Source of the DNA: Planctomycetota bacterium
Lineage (GTDB): Bacteria > Planctomycetota > B15-G4 > JADJEK01
Assembly: GCA_044225365.1 (NCBI GenBank)
Contig: JBGAIQ010000064.1
Span: 1-29,295, forward strand
Reading direction: 5' to 3'
Length of the DNA: 29,295 nucleotides
The position numbers and the translations under genes were made by a program. Numbering within the stretch: the first letter of the stretch is position 1; each line of letters starts with the position of its first letter. The notes beneath the pieces are model-generated. The model saw nothing but the letters and a program-made list of their open reading frames with translations. It ran no database searches and had not been told where the DNA came from. Positions 1-9,357 of this stretch are shown piece by piece.

Positions 1-177
1 CAGCCCCGCCGCCGGGATCCCGCGGAGCAGCAGACCATCGATGGCACCAATCGGATTCCAGAAGATCGTGAAGAGACAGAACACGGCGGTCAGCCCGAGC
101 AGCCCGCCCACGATGAGCAATCCGAGGCCGATCTGCCGCGGCGTCTCGTCCTGCGATGTTGGTTCGATCGATCCCAT
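1..177 (-). CDS. Hypothetical membrane protein, 5' part only (runs off window edge)
   Basis: Not in the ORF track. Minus strand reads MGSIEPTSQDETPRQIGLGLLIVGGLLGLTAVFCLFTIFWNPIGAIDGLLLRGIPAAGL, open to base 1 with a clear hydrophobic helix. AAGGA lies upstream. Alternative in-frame GTG at 189. Confidence 0.6.
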   Translation of the reverse strand, partial: MGSIEPTSQDETPRQIGLGLLIVGGLLGLTAVFCLFTIFWNPIGAIDGLLLRGIPAAGL

Positions 178-337
178 GGCGCGATCCACGTTCCTTCGGT
201 TCCTGAGTCGGCGCGAAAATCTAAGCGATTCGTCCGGGGGCGCGAGTCCGAAATCGTCGGCGAATCGGGATTCGGATTCGGACGCGACGAGTCCGCGCTC
301 CGCGGGATCATGATGGTCGGAAGGACACACTCCGCCC

Positions 338-3300
338 ATGACTCTCGATGAATTCTCCGACGTCCGAAGCCAGCTCCATGGCGCCGCCGACCTGCGATGG
401 CTGCGGGGGCTCGCGACGAATCTCCTACGAGGCGATGCAAGCCTCGCCGACGATGTCACCCAGCAGGCGTTCGTCGCTGCACTGAAGACTCCGCCCGATG
501 AGCCGTCGCGATTCGCCGCATGGCTCTCGCGAACGACGAAGAATTTCGCGCTGCGCGCTCGGCGCGACGAGGCTCGCCGTTCGACACGCGAGCGAGCGGC
601 CGCGCGCGAGGAAGCGATTCCTTCGGTCGAGGACATCGTCGGGATCGAGGAATCCCGCCGCAGGATCGTCGACGCGGTCGTCGCGCTGGATCCGCCGCTT
701 CGCCGCATCGTCCTCCTTCACTACTGGTCGGGCATGACGTCGGTTTCGATCGCGGCGCGCGATGGAATTCCGGATTCGACGGTCCGCAATCGTCTGCGAC
801 GGGCTCATGAGCAGTTGCGGCGCACGCTCGAGAGCGAGTTCGGCGACGACGAAACGTGGCGCCGCTTCGTGTCGATGATCCTCGTTCGTGGTGCCGGGAG
901 CGCCGCCCCCTCGCCGTTGGGAGTCCGTTCGATGAGTGCCAAGGCGACGACGATCCTCGTGACTTCGGTCGTCGTGCTCGGCATCTCGATCCTCGTTCTC
1001 TTTCCGCGAGATCCGCGAGACGAACCTCCGACCGCGCTCGTCGCCCGTCCCGGTCCGATCGTCGAGGCTCCGCGCCCCGACCCGGTCGTCGCCTCGGTCA
1101 CCGTTGCGCCGCCGTCGGAACGCAGCGCCGTCGCCGCGACTGCCCTCGCTGCGGGCACCACGGGAGTCGACGCATCGAAGAATCTCGTGCTTCGCGTCGT
1201 GAACGCGGAGACGAAGCTCCCCGTGAAGGGCGCGCGAGTTCTCGTCGCGAAGAACGCACTCGATGCCGTCGCGGCCTTCCACAGCTCGCGCGGCGCGGGG
1301 TTCTTCGAGGAGTGGGATCCCGAAGGGAATATCACGAGGATCCCGGGCTCGACGACGAAGGTCACCGATGCGAACGGCGAGGTCGAGATCCCCTCGGATG
1401 GATCCTCCTACTCGACCTGCGCACGTCTCGGAACTCTCTTCGGACGCGCGGCGATCTCCACGCGCGAGACTCGCGAGGTCGCCGTTCTCGAGCTCCATCC
1501 CGATCCGGACCTGAGAGTGCGCGTCGAGCATCGCGACGGCACCGCCGCCGCGAACGTGTCGGTCGCGCTCCTCACCACCAAGCCGCGACCCATGCCGATC
1601 GCGGGCGAACTCGTGGCCATGAAGCATGCGACGACCGACTCCAACGGGATCGCGATCTTCCACGACCTCGCCGCGTCCTTCCGACTGCGTCGAACCCTCG
1701 GTTCCATTTACGCGGTCGGACTCGGCGCGCCGTACTCCGCCGACCTCTCGCCGCGTGTCGCGATCGATCCCAACGCTCTCCCGACCGATCCCATTCGTCT
1801 CGTCCTGCCCCCATCGGCGCAGATCGATTTCGTGTGCGTCGACGAGTCCGGATCGCCTCCGGAATCGACGGAGCATCTCGCGCTCGGCGTGATGCTCTCG
1901 CCCGTGGCCGATTCGATTCTTCCTGGGAGCAACGAGTTGCTCTGGATCCCCGTGAGTCCAGCCGGTCACGCACGGCTCGAAGTGGGACTCGGAATCACGA
2001 TGGGCGGCGAAGTGCTGTCGCTCACCGAACACCGCGAACCCTGCCGCTTCGAGTTCGAGGGACCCGTGGCGGAAGGCGAGATCATGACGCAGCGCATCGT
2101 CCTTCCGAGAGTCCGGCCTCGCGTCCTCGGTGTGCTCGTGGACGAGAGCGCAAAGCCCGTCGCGGGCCAGGTCCTTTCCGCGAGCTTCGAGCCGCCGTAT
2201 CCCTACGACCTCGATGCATCACTCATTCGCGTGCTCACGGGTCCCGACGGTCGCTTCGAGATCCCGGTGCGATCCTTGGCGCGAACCGCGAATCCGTCGC
2301 GCATCGTCCTCGAGCCGACGACGTTCGGATCTGCGCCCAATGGAACGGCGACGATCCCCATCGACGCCGCTTCCGTCGCGCAACGGGATCACGACGCAGG
2401 AGAGATCGTTCTCCACTCCCTTCCCATCGTGGCGCGAGGTCGAGTCCTCGACGTGAAGGGCAACGGAATCGGCGGCGCCGAGATCGAGTACGGGACCGCG
2501 AGTTCGAAGGAGGGGCGACGCGAACACGGACCGCGGTCCGACGCAGACGGGTCGTTCGAGATCCGCGACGCCAACGTCCATGGCCCCGTGCGTATCCGCG
2601 CCAGCAAGCCTTCCTACGTCCAGGAGCAGGAGGTCATCGCCAAGGACGGCGCGACGATCGTGGAGATCCGCCTCGTTTCATCCGGCGCCCTGGAAGGTTC
2701 CGTGGAGTCGGCGGATGGAATCGAACTCTCGTCTCTGCTCCTGATCGTCGAGCCGAGTGGAAAGGAGGGGCCTGCCTCGTTCAACTCGATCCGGGAGGCG
2801 GAACTTCGGCCGCTCGGCAAGGATGGGCGTTTCCACATCGACTCGTTGCCCGCGGGTCGCATGCGACTCACGATCAGCGTACGCGATCAGAGCGCCATGC
2901 TGCCGCTCCTGCGCATCGACGACCTCACGATCGCTCTCGGCGAGACGAATCGGGACCCCCGCGTTCAATCGATCTCGCTCGCGAGGACGACGCGACTCGT
3001 CGAGTTCGAGGTCTTCGATTCGGCGAATCGGCCGGTCGATCACGCGTTCGTACGCGTTCGCGAAGCGGGAAGAACGAGCGGACCGTCGCGAACCGCTTCG
3101 ACCGATGCGGCTGGCCGCGCGCGCCTGCGGCTGCCCAAAGAGCCTCAGGACGTGATCGTGACGAAGCCCGGCCTCCGGACGGCGATCCTCGAACGCGTCG
3201 AGGGCAATCGACGCGTCGTCCTCGAAGCGGCGCAGCGCGTCCAGGTGCAAGTGCTCGGCATTCCGAAGGCGCAGGTCGATTACTCGGTCTTCGTTCAACC

Positions 3301-3553
3301 GGAGTCGGCCTCGAACACGGACGTGGAAGAACTCGAACGCTGGATGGAGAGAGGACGGTCCGCGGGTGCGGCACTCGATGCCGAAGGGCATGCCACGGTC
3401 TATCTCACCGAGCCCGGGAAATACGTGGTCTTCGTCAGCCGCAACGCATCGAACGGAACGGGAACACTCTGCGCGACGCGGCCTCTCGATCTCTCCAGCG
3501 GCGTCGCCACGACCGCGCTGACGATCGATCTCGAGAAGCCCGACGCGAAGTAA
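338..3553 (+). CDS. ECF-type sigma-70 factor fused to a transmembrane helix and multiple carboxypeptidase-regulatory-like (Ig-like beta-sandwich) repeats
   Basis: Region 2 (LADDVTQQAF...FAAWLSRTTKN) and region 4 (LDPPLRRIVLLHYWSGMTSVSIAARDGIPDSTVRNRLRRA). TM segment ILVTSVVVLGISILVLF. Repeated motifs such as GRVLDVKGNGIGGAEI...SDADGSFEI and TDANGEV/TDSNGIA/TDAAGRA. Confidence 0.88.
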   Translation: MTLDEFSDVRSQLHGAADLRWLRGLATNLLRGDASLADDVTQQAFVAALKTPPDEPSRFAAWLSRTTKNFALRARRDEARRSTRERAAAREEAIPSVEDIVGIEESRRRIVDAVVALDPPLRRIVLLHYWSGMTSVSIAARDGIPDSTVRNRLRRAHEQLRRTLESEFGDDETWRRFVSMILVRGAGSAAPSPLGVRSMSAKATTILVTSVVVLGISILVLFPRDPRDEPPTALVARPGPIVEAPRPDPVVASVTVAPPSERSAVAATALAAGTTGVDASKNLVLRVVNAETKLPVKGARVLVAKNALDAVAAFHSSRGAGFFEEWDPEGNITRIPGSTTKVTDANGEVEIPSDGSSYSTCARLGTLFGRAAISTRETREVAVLELHPDPDLRVRVEHRDGTAAANVSVALLTTKPRPMPIAGELVAMKHATTDSNGIAIFHDLAASFRLRRTLGSIYAVGLGAPYSADLSPRVAIDPNALPTDPIRLVLPPSAQIDFVCVDESGSPPESTEHLALGVMLSPVADSILPGSNELLWIPVSPAGHARLEVGLGITMGGEVLSLTEHREPCRFEFEGPVAEGEIMTQRIVLPRVRPRVLGVLVDESAKPVAGQVLSASFEPPYPYDLDASLIRVLTGPDGRFEIPVRSLARTANPSRIVLEPTTFGSAPNGTATIPIDAASVAQRDHDAGEIVLHSLPIVARGRVLDVKGNGIGGAEIEYGTASSKEGRREHGPRSDADGSFEIRDANVHGPVRIRASKPSYVQEQEVIAKDGATIVEIRLVSSGALEGSVESADGIELSSLLLIVEPSGKEGPASFNSIREAELRPLGKDGRFHIDSLPAGRMRLTISVRDQSAMLPLLRIDDLTIALGETNRDPRVQSISLARTTRLVEFEVFDSANRPVDHAFVRVREAGRTSGPSRTASTDAAGRARLRLPKEPQDVIVTKPGLRTAILERVEGNRRVVLEAAQRVQVQVLGIPKAQVDYSVFVQPESASNTDVEELERWMERGRSAGAALDAEGHATVYLTEPGKYVVFVSRNASNGTGTLCATRPLDLSSGVATTALTIDLEKPDAK

Positions 3554-3559
3554 CGCCGC

Positions 3560-4657
3560 TCACACCGGCGACACGTGCTCGACGTCGCGGTCGCCGTCGA
3601 AGACGTACCATTGCGTGGGATCGAGGAGCGTCGTCGACTTGGGGTTCGCGTCCTCGCGCAGGACGCGCACGATGAAGGGGGTCGCGGTGCGGAACGGAGT
3701 CGTCTTGGGGTGAGGGAAGAACCCGTTGCGATTCAGCATCGCGGCGACGCGCGCGCAGGGCAGGGTCGAGAGCAGGGCGAGCCCGCAACCCTCGCGACGA
3801 AATTCGCCGAATGCCGCGCGCAAGAGCGCGTCCTCGACCGCCTCGTCGAGACCGAGGACGTCGACGAGGTAGCCACGGCCGTGGGCGATCTCGATCACCG
3901 CGTAGCCGACCAAGTCCTCGCCGCGTTCCGCCGCGAGGATGCGATGTTTCTGCGTCGGCGTGTCGACGTAGCGCCAATTCAGGTAGTTCGCATCGCGCAC
4001 GAACGCGATGGGCAGCGCGGGAGCCACCTTCGCGAACAAGGCGTCGACGCGCGAGTCGAAGCGATCGACAGGTCGCGTCTCGATGCCTTGGACGCTCGCG
4101 GTACGCGCGCCGCGGCCCAAGATCGAGAGCACGGCGCGCAGGACGAGCGAGGCGGGCAGAGCGAGCGGGCCGAGGCGGTTCTCGAGCACGCGCTTCGCAT
4201 CGATGACGGCGATGTACTGCTGGTACGTGCCGATCGCCTTCCACCCGTTCTTCAGGAAGCCGTGCATCGACTGGCGGCCCGCGACGGCCATGCAGACCGG
4301 CGCGCCCTCGCCGCCGCAGTGGCGGGCGGCATCGTCGTCGAACGAGGTGAAGATCCCGCGCTTGCGGAAAGGGACGTCGACCATCGCGTCCGACGCCTGC
4401 GTCGCGAGGAACGGTTCACCGCGGAACGTCGCCTTGCGGTAGACGTAGCTGTACCCGCCACCGATCGCCGACGCGTCGTCCGGTTCCATCGCGAGCAGCG
4501 TGTACGACATGCCGTGAGGATTGCGAAAGTACTTCCACGTCGCGGTCCGCGCGTCCTTCTGTTTGTTGAACGCGCGATTGAACAATCCGATGAGAGTTTC
4601 GGCGTCGGCCGGCGTCGCACGGCGTCGCGCGAACGGCTTCGGGTTCGAATCGCTCAT
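3560..4657 (-). CDS. GNAT family N-acetyltransferase (tandem GNAT-like, polysaccharide-locus type)
   Basis: Start moved to ATG 4657 (MSDSNPKP), which overlaps the upstream GT stop (ATGA) and has a GGGAG RBS. Acyl-CoA motif A-like DAMVDVPFRKRGIF. WKYFRNP and RDANYLNWRY segments. Confidence 0.78.
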   Translation of the reverse strand: MSDSNPKPFARRRATPADAETLIGLFNRAFNKQKDARTATWKYFRNPHGMSYTLLAMEPDDASAIGGGYSYVYRKATFRGEPFLATQASDAMVDVPFRKRGIFTSFDDDAARHCGGEGAPVCMAVAGRQSMHGFLKNGWKAIGTYQQYIAVIDAKRVLENRLGPLALPASLVLRAVLSILGRGARTASVQGIETRPVDRFDSRVDALFAKVAPALPIAFVRDANYLNWRYVDTPTQKHRILAAERGEDLVGYAVIEIAHGRGYLVDVLGLDEAVEDALLRAAFGEFRREGCGLALLSTLPCARVAAMLNRNGFFPHPKTTPFRTATPFIVRVLREDANPKSTTLLDPTQWYVFDGDRDVEHVSPV

Positions 4658-5922
4658 GACGCTCCCTTCGCGCCGCGCTGCACTTCGGCGTAGATCCGCT
4701 CGAGTTGCGCGACGTGCTCCTCCATCGCGAACTTCGTGAGCATGCGCTCGCGCGCGGCGCGACCCATCCTCTCGCGCAGCGCATCGTCGACGAGGAGTCG
4801 CGAGAGCGCGGCGGCGAGCGAGTCGACGTCGAGCGGATTCACGTGGATGCCGGAGACCCCGTCCTCGACGACGTCCTTGGGCCCGCCGAAGAATGCCGTG
4901 ACCGCCGGCTTGCCAAAGAGCATGCCCTCGGCGTTGATGAGGCCAAAGGACTCGTAGATGAGCGACGGCGTGCAGATCACGTCGGCCGCGGAGTACGCGA
5001 CGCGCATCGCATCCTGATCGAGCCAACCGGTGGAGACGATCGAGTCGCCGATTCCAAGCTCTCCGGCGAGCTTCAGCATCGTCTGCTCGTAGCCGTCCAT
5101 GCCCGAACCGACGACGAGGAGCACGGCGTTCGGCGCTTTCGCCTTCACCTGCCCCATCGCTCGGATCAGGTGCTCGGCGCCTTTTCGATGGTCGAGGCGG
5201 CCGCCGTAGAGCACCACTTTCTTGCCCGCGAGTCGGAAGCGGGTCTTGAACTCCGCGACGACGTCGTCGCGCAGCAGATCTCGCTTCGGCACGCCGTTGA
5301 ACACGGTCTCGACGTTGTCGATCCCGTTCTCGTTCAGAGCGCGATGCATCTCATCGGAGACGGCGAGGACGCGCGCGAGATGCTTCTCGAAGTGCCATCG
5401 AATCCACGGATTCCGGACCGGGTTGTAGCGAAAGCGCGCGCACGGAATGCACCGCGGCATCGGCGCCTTGAACGAGATCGGTGGCCCCTTCGGATCGAGC
5501 GATTCGTTCACGAAGCAGAACATCTTCTGGAAGCAGAAGGGCATCACGTCGTGCACGGTGAGGAGCACCGGTGCGCCCGTCACGCGCGCGGCGGCGAGGG
5601 AGCGATACGACAGGTGGATGTGGACGTTGTGGAAGTGGACGACATCGGGACGGATCGACTCCACCGTCTCGCGAACGATCCGCACCGCGGTGGGATTCCA
5701 GCAGCTCTTCCACGAGCGCCAGCGCAAGTCGTAGGGAGCCGTGTATTCGAGGCGGACCTTCATGCCGGAGGGCTCGACGAAGGTCCTCGCTCGTTCGCGC
5801 TCCTGGACCGTCGCGAGGAACTGCACCTCGTGGCCGCGCGACGCCAGCATCGCGGCCGACGCCGTCGCGACGCCGGCGGCCGAAGAGGGTCCATAGAGAT
5901 CGTTGGCGACGAGGATTCGCAT
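4654..5922 (-). CDS. Glycosyltransferase family 4 (GT-B)
   Basis: MRILVANDLY N-terminus, PDVVHFHN, LTVHD, GRLDHRKG, and the EX7E motif PSLIYESFGLINAEGM. Confidence 0.93.
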   Translation of the reverse strand: MRILVANDLYGPSSAAGVATASAAMLASRGHEVQFLATVQERERARTFVEPSGMKVRLEYTAPYDLRWRSWKSCWNPTAVRIVRETVESIRPDVVHFHNVHIHLSYRSLAAARVTGAPVLLTVHDVMPFCFQKMFCFVNESLDPKGPPISFKAPMPRCIPCARFRYNPVRNPWIRWHFEKHLARVLAVSDEMHRALNENGIDNVETVFNGVPKRDLLRDDVVAEFKTRFRLAGKKVVLYGGRLDHRKGAEHLIRAMGQVKAKAPNAVLLVVGSGMDGYEQTMLKLAGELGIGDSIVSTGWLDQDAMRVAYSAADVICTPSLIYESFGLINAEGMLFGKPAVTAFFGGPKDVVEDGVSGIHVNPLDVDSLAAALSRLLVDDALRERMGRAARERMLTKFAMEEHVAQLERIYAEVQRGAKGAS

Positions 5923-6007
5923 GAGTGGTTCGCGTTGCCCGCAAACCTACCACGTGCGCAATCGCCTCGTCATCGCACACACGAGGGATTCTGCGATCGC
6001 CGCCGAT

Positions 6008-7528
6008 TCACACTCCGGCGCTGACGACGCTCGCCGCGCGCCCGGCCCCGCCCTGTTCGGCGAGGCGACGCCGGAACACGAGGTGCCGACGCCGGGTCAT
6101 CTCGACGAGCGGCCGCCAGATTCTCGCGGTGAGCCGATTCGCGATGAGGAAGCGCCACATCGGGTTCGCGCGCTTGTAGAGCAGCGACATCGCGAGGTAC
6201 GGCGGCACGGCGCGTGGATCCGAAGGTCGACGGCGAACGATCGAAGCCAGCGAGAACAACCGGCGATAGCATCGCGCGTACCCTTCCTCGAGCTGCTCGA
6301 CGCTCATGCGAGCCGGCCGGAACACGACGTGCGCGGTGTCGTAGCGCGACCAGTCCCGATGCAGGAGGCGCCCGGCGCTCTCCATCCTCCGAAAGAGCGG
6401 CGTGCCGGGATACGGCGTCAGGATGTGAAACGTTGCGCACTCCAGTCGATTCGTCTCGATCCAGTCCGCGGTGCGATCGAAGATGCCTTCGTCGTCGTCG
6501 TCGAAGCCGAGCACGAAGCTCCCGTTCACCTGGATCCCGTGATCGTGGAGCACCCTCACGCGGGCCGCGTAGTGTTCTGGGAGCGGCGTCTTCTTGCCAG
6601 AGTCGATGATGCTGCTCGCGCTCAGGGACTCGAAGCCGATGAAGACGCCGGTGCATCCCGCGAGCGCCATGCGCCGCACGAGCGAGGGATCGTCCGTGAC
6701 GTCGATCGACACCGCGGCGCTCCAGATGATCTCGAGCGGAGCAAGCGCGTCGCAGAGCGACCGAAGGTACTCGCGGCGCGATCCGAGGTTGTTGTCGACG
6801 AAGACGACGTACGGCTGTCCGTCCCGGCGGATCTCGTTCACGACCTGTTCGACGTCGCGCGTCATGTACGGCATCTCGAGGCCGTCGGTCGAGAGGTAGC
6901 AGAAGCTGCATCGATTGTGGCATCCGCGCGTCGCGATGATCGAAGTCGTCGTGAGGAAGTGTTCGCGCGGCACGAGATCCCGGCGCGGGGCAGGATCGAA
7001 TCGGTAGAGCGTCCGGTAGCTGCCGATGTACTGCTTGGACAGACGCCCTTTCGCTGCGTCGTCCAGGACGCGCGGCCATACTGAGACGCCTTCGCCGATC
7101 ACGACCGCGTCGGCGTGCGCCGCGCACTCGTCCGTGCACGCCGTGACGTGGAGCCCGCCGAGGATCACCTTCGAACCCAGGCGGCGGTAGAACGCCGCGA
7201 GCTCGTACGCGCGCTTCGCGAACGTGAGATGCACGCTGATCCCCACCACTTCGGGGACGGGCTCGCACGGCGGCGGCCCTTCGAGCAGGTTCTCGTCGAA
7301 CAGCGCCACGGTCCAATCGGGCGGCGTCGCGGCGGCGATGCTCGTGAGCGCGAGCGTGGGCGTGAGAACGTGCTTGCCGAAGCTCGCGTTCGGGTCCTTC
7401 ACGTAGAACGGATTGATCAGGAGGACGTGCCGGGCCTTGACCCGGGGAGGACCATCGGCAGGCACGCGATCGGTAGGAAGCTTCGGGGGTTCGCGAAACG
7501 CACGGGGCAGACGGCGGGAGATCGACAC
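6008..7528 (-). CDS. Cobalamin-binding domain radical SAM protein
   Basis: Start moved to GTG 7528 (GGAGG RBS 5 nt upstream). B12-binding N-terminus (VLLINP...VVGISV...VILGGLHVT...VVIGEG), ATRGCHNRCSFC (CxxxCxxC), FVDNN, FIGFES, LTPYPGTPLF. Confidence 0.92.
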   Translation of the reverse strand: MSISRRLPRAFREPPKLPTDRVPADGPPRVKARHVLLINPFYVKDPNASFGKHVLTPTLALTSIAAATPPDWTVALFDENLLEGPPPCEPVPEVVGISVHLTFAKRAYELAAFYRRLGSKVILGGLHVTACTDECAAHADAVVIGEGVSVWPRVLDDAAKGRLSKQYIGSYRTLYRFDPAPRRDLVPREHFLTTTSIIATRGCHNRCSFCYLSTDGLEMPYMTRDVEQVVNEIRRDGQPYVVFVDNNLGSRREYLRSLCDALAPLEIIWSAAVSIDVTDDPSLVRRMALAGCTGVFIGFESLSASSIIDSGKKTPLPEHYAARVRVLHDHGIQVNGSFVLGFDDDDEGIFDRTADWIETNRLECATFHILTPYPGTPLFRRMESAGRLLHRDWSRYDTAHVVFRPARMSVEQLEEGYARCYRRLFSLASIVRRRPSDPRAVPPYLAMSLLYKRANPMWRFLIANRLTARIWRPLVEMTRRRHLVFRRRLAEQGGAGRAASVVSAGV

Positions 7529-7553
7529 AATGGCCTCCTGGGGTAGGATGCCT

Positions 7554-7574
7554 GTACTTTGCTCCGCAAAGTAC
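7554..7574. promoter_or_regulatory. Palindromic operator GTACTTTGC-TCC-GCAAAGTAC
   Basis: Perfect 9-bp inverted repeat with 3-nt spacer. AT-rich relative to the background, 25 nt upstream of the radical SAM start. Confidence 0.75.
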
Positions 7575-7584
7575 TTCGTGTCAA
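7556..7584 (-). promoter_or_regulatory. Putative sigma70 promoter of the 6008-7528 radical SAM gene
   Basis: Consensus -35 TTGACA (7584-7579), a 17-nt spacer, and imperfect -10 CAAAGT (7561-7556). Confidence 0.6.
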
Positions 7585-7653
7585 TATGCGTCGGAAGCAC
7601 AGCCGTATGGCTCGTCGAGGATCGGGCGGTCGAAGCGGTCGAGTTCGGGCCAT

Positions 7654-8958
7654 TCAGTCGGGATATGCAACGGGCTTGTGAAGCGGGGCTGGGATGCGTC
7701 GATCGAGGAGGAGGGCATGGGTTCCTCCCGACAGCGTGCATCCCGAAGAGCCGCAGAATCCCGCCTGGAAGTAGATCTCGAGGCTATCGACGCCGGGAGG
7801 CAGATCCGGCAGGGTCGAGACGAAGATCGCATGGGTCGGCCCGAGGCCGACGAGGGGCGTGACAAGGAGGAGTCGGGCGTTCGGGTCGAGCACGAGGGGA
7901 GCGGGACCGAGCGGCAGTGGACCCGTCGAAAGCGTGGGGCTCGCGAAGAGAAGCCCCACTTCTCCGGCGGCCCCAGTAAGCACGAGCTCCGCGATATCGC
8001 CTTCACGAATCGGGACGGGCCAGATGCTTACGCCTCGCAGTGGCGCCGGTTCCACCACGAGCGAGCCGCCGATGGCCACATAGGGCGCGGCGCTCGCGCC
8101 CTGCGGACACCCGCTCGCCGACTCCCCGACGCTGCCCGCGGTCCCGGGGAGAAGGAAGCAGCCCTGCAGATGCGCGTCGACCTGATGCATCTCGAGAGCT
8201 GGTCCACCCTCGCCGTTACCGACGCACGTTCCCGAGGACGTGTCGAACGTTCCCTTGCCGCCGAATCCACCGCCAATGAAGGAATGGGCCGAGTAGAGCG
8301 AGCCACCTCGCATCACGATTCCGGGCTTGCCGTCCGCGGCGGGAATGGGAACTCCTTGAGGGCCGACGAACGCAGCGTTCCCCGAGCCTCCGCCTATGGA
8401 GCACGAAGCGAGCCAAGTCTCGCTGTTCGTGATCAGGAGAGCCGTCTCGCCTTGTACCTGCTTCTTGCCGAGCGAATCGTATTGCGTATCGAGCGCGAAG
8501 ATCTGATCCGCGATCATGTCGATGCGCCGGCAATCGCGGATCATGCAAGCCGGAGAGCCGTAGACCGAACACATCTCGATCCACACCGCGCCGGCATTGC
8601 TCGTGACTTCGAGTTCCCCGAGAACGAGACCTCTCAAGACGCACTTCTGATTCGCCGTGAGATTGCGGACGACGGTGCGGCCTCGTGGGGAGACCGCGGA
8701 GTCTCGCCCGACTTCGACCTGGAATTGCTCGGTGTCCGACGAGATCGTGAGCGACTTTCCGTCGACGACGAACGGGGCATAGTCGCCATTGCGGACGAGG
8801 ATCGAATCGCCATCGCTCGACGCGTCGATCGCCGCCTGGATCGAGGAGAACTCGGTCGGAGTCGCGGGCGCGCCGGTCACGATCAAGACTTCGGCGTTCG
8901 CGATCCCGGAGGAAGTCACGCCCACCACGAAACACGCAAGGATCACGGAACTTCGCAC
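7654..8958 (-). CDS. Secreted hypothetical protein (pectin-lyase-like N-terminal cap, Gly-rich middle, C-terminal beta domain)
   Basis: GTG start with GGAGG RBS. Signal peptide MRSSVILACFVVGVTSSGIANA. FSSIQAAIDASSDGDSILVRNGDY motif typical of beta-helix protein N-termini. GGGxG repeats. Confidence 0.72.
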   Translation of the reverse strand: MRSSVILACFVVGVTSSGIANAEVLIVTGAPATPTEFSSIQAAIDASSDGDSILVRNGDYAPFVVDGKSLTISSDTEQFQVEVGRDSAVSPRGRTVVRNLTANQKCVLRGLVLGELEVTSNAGAVWIEMCSVYGSPACMIRDCRRIDMIADQIFALDTQYDSLGKKQVQGETALLITNSETWLASCSIGGGSGNAAFVGPQGVPIPAADGKPGIVMRGGSLYSAHSFIGGGFGGKGTFDTSSGTCVGNGEGGPALEMHQVDAHLQGCFLLPGTAGSVGESASGCPQGASAAPYVAIGGSLVVEPAPLRGVSIWPVPIREGDIAELVLTGAAGEVGLLFASPTLSTGPLPLGPAPLVLDPNARLLLVTPLVGLGPTHAIFVSTLPDLPPGVDSLEIYFQAGFCGSSGCTLSGGTHALLLDRRIPAPLHKPVAYPD

Positions 8959-9276
8959 GATATCGCCTCCATTACGTCGGTCTCTCGAACTCCGGCTCGT
9001 CGGGGCGAGACCCGTTACCGCGAGAACCCGCTACGACACCCAATCCGCCACTGCGCCGGGAGTCGGCGCCCCTCCCCCGTGGGCTCGCAACCCGCGCGCC
9101 GACGAATCGACCGCGCCCCCGATCGATTACCCGTGCGAACCAGTCTCTATACGGCGCCGCTTCTGGAGGCGCTCGCCTGGCTCCTGGTCTTCGATGGATT
9201 CGCGACTTCGAGCTGCACGAGCGCCTCGCCGATCGGCGAACCGTCTTCGTCCCGCACGACATCGATCGAGATGCGA

Positions 9277-9309
9277 AAGCCCACCGACGCAGGATGCGGC
9301 GGTGGGCTT
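9277..9309 (-). terminator. Strong stem-loop downstream of radical SAM gene 9409-10833, possible intrinsic terminator
   Basis: AAGCCCACCG-A-CGCA-GGA-TGCG-G-CGGTGGGCTT. On the minus strand the stem ends in only a short TTT tract. Confidence 0.45.
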
Positions 9310-9332
9310 CGTGGGTCGAGGTCAACGCGGGT

Positions 9333-9356
9333 AGGACAGGACAGGACAGGACAGGA
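9333..9356. repeat. Pentanucleotide microsatellite (AGGAC)4-AGGA
   Basis: Read directly: aggac aggac aggac aggac agga. Confidence 0.9.
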
Positions 9357-9357
9357 T

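Noticed and set aside
241-290. Imperfect inverted repeat (GTCCGAA...TTCGGAC) upstream of the ECF gene
   Set aside because: Short and GC-rich with no supporting promoter context, so it cannot be distinguished from background.
856-3675. 939-aa alternative-frame ORF inside the ECF gene
   Set aside because: Low-complexity Arg-rich translation typical of a shifted frame in high-GC coding DNA.
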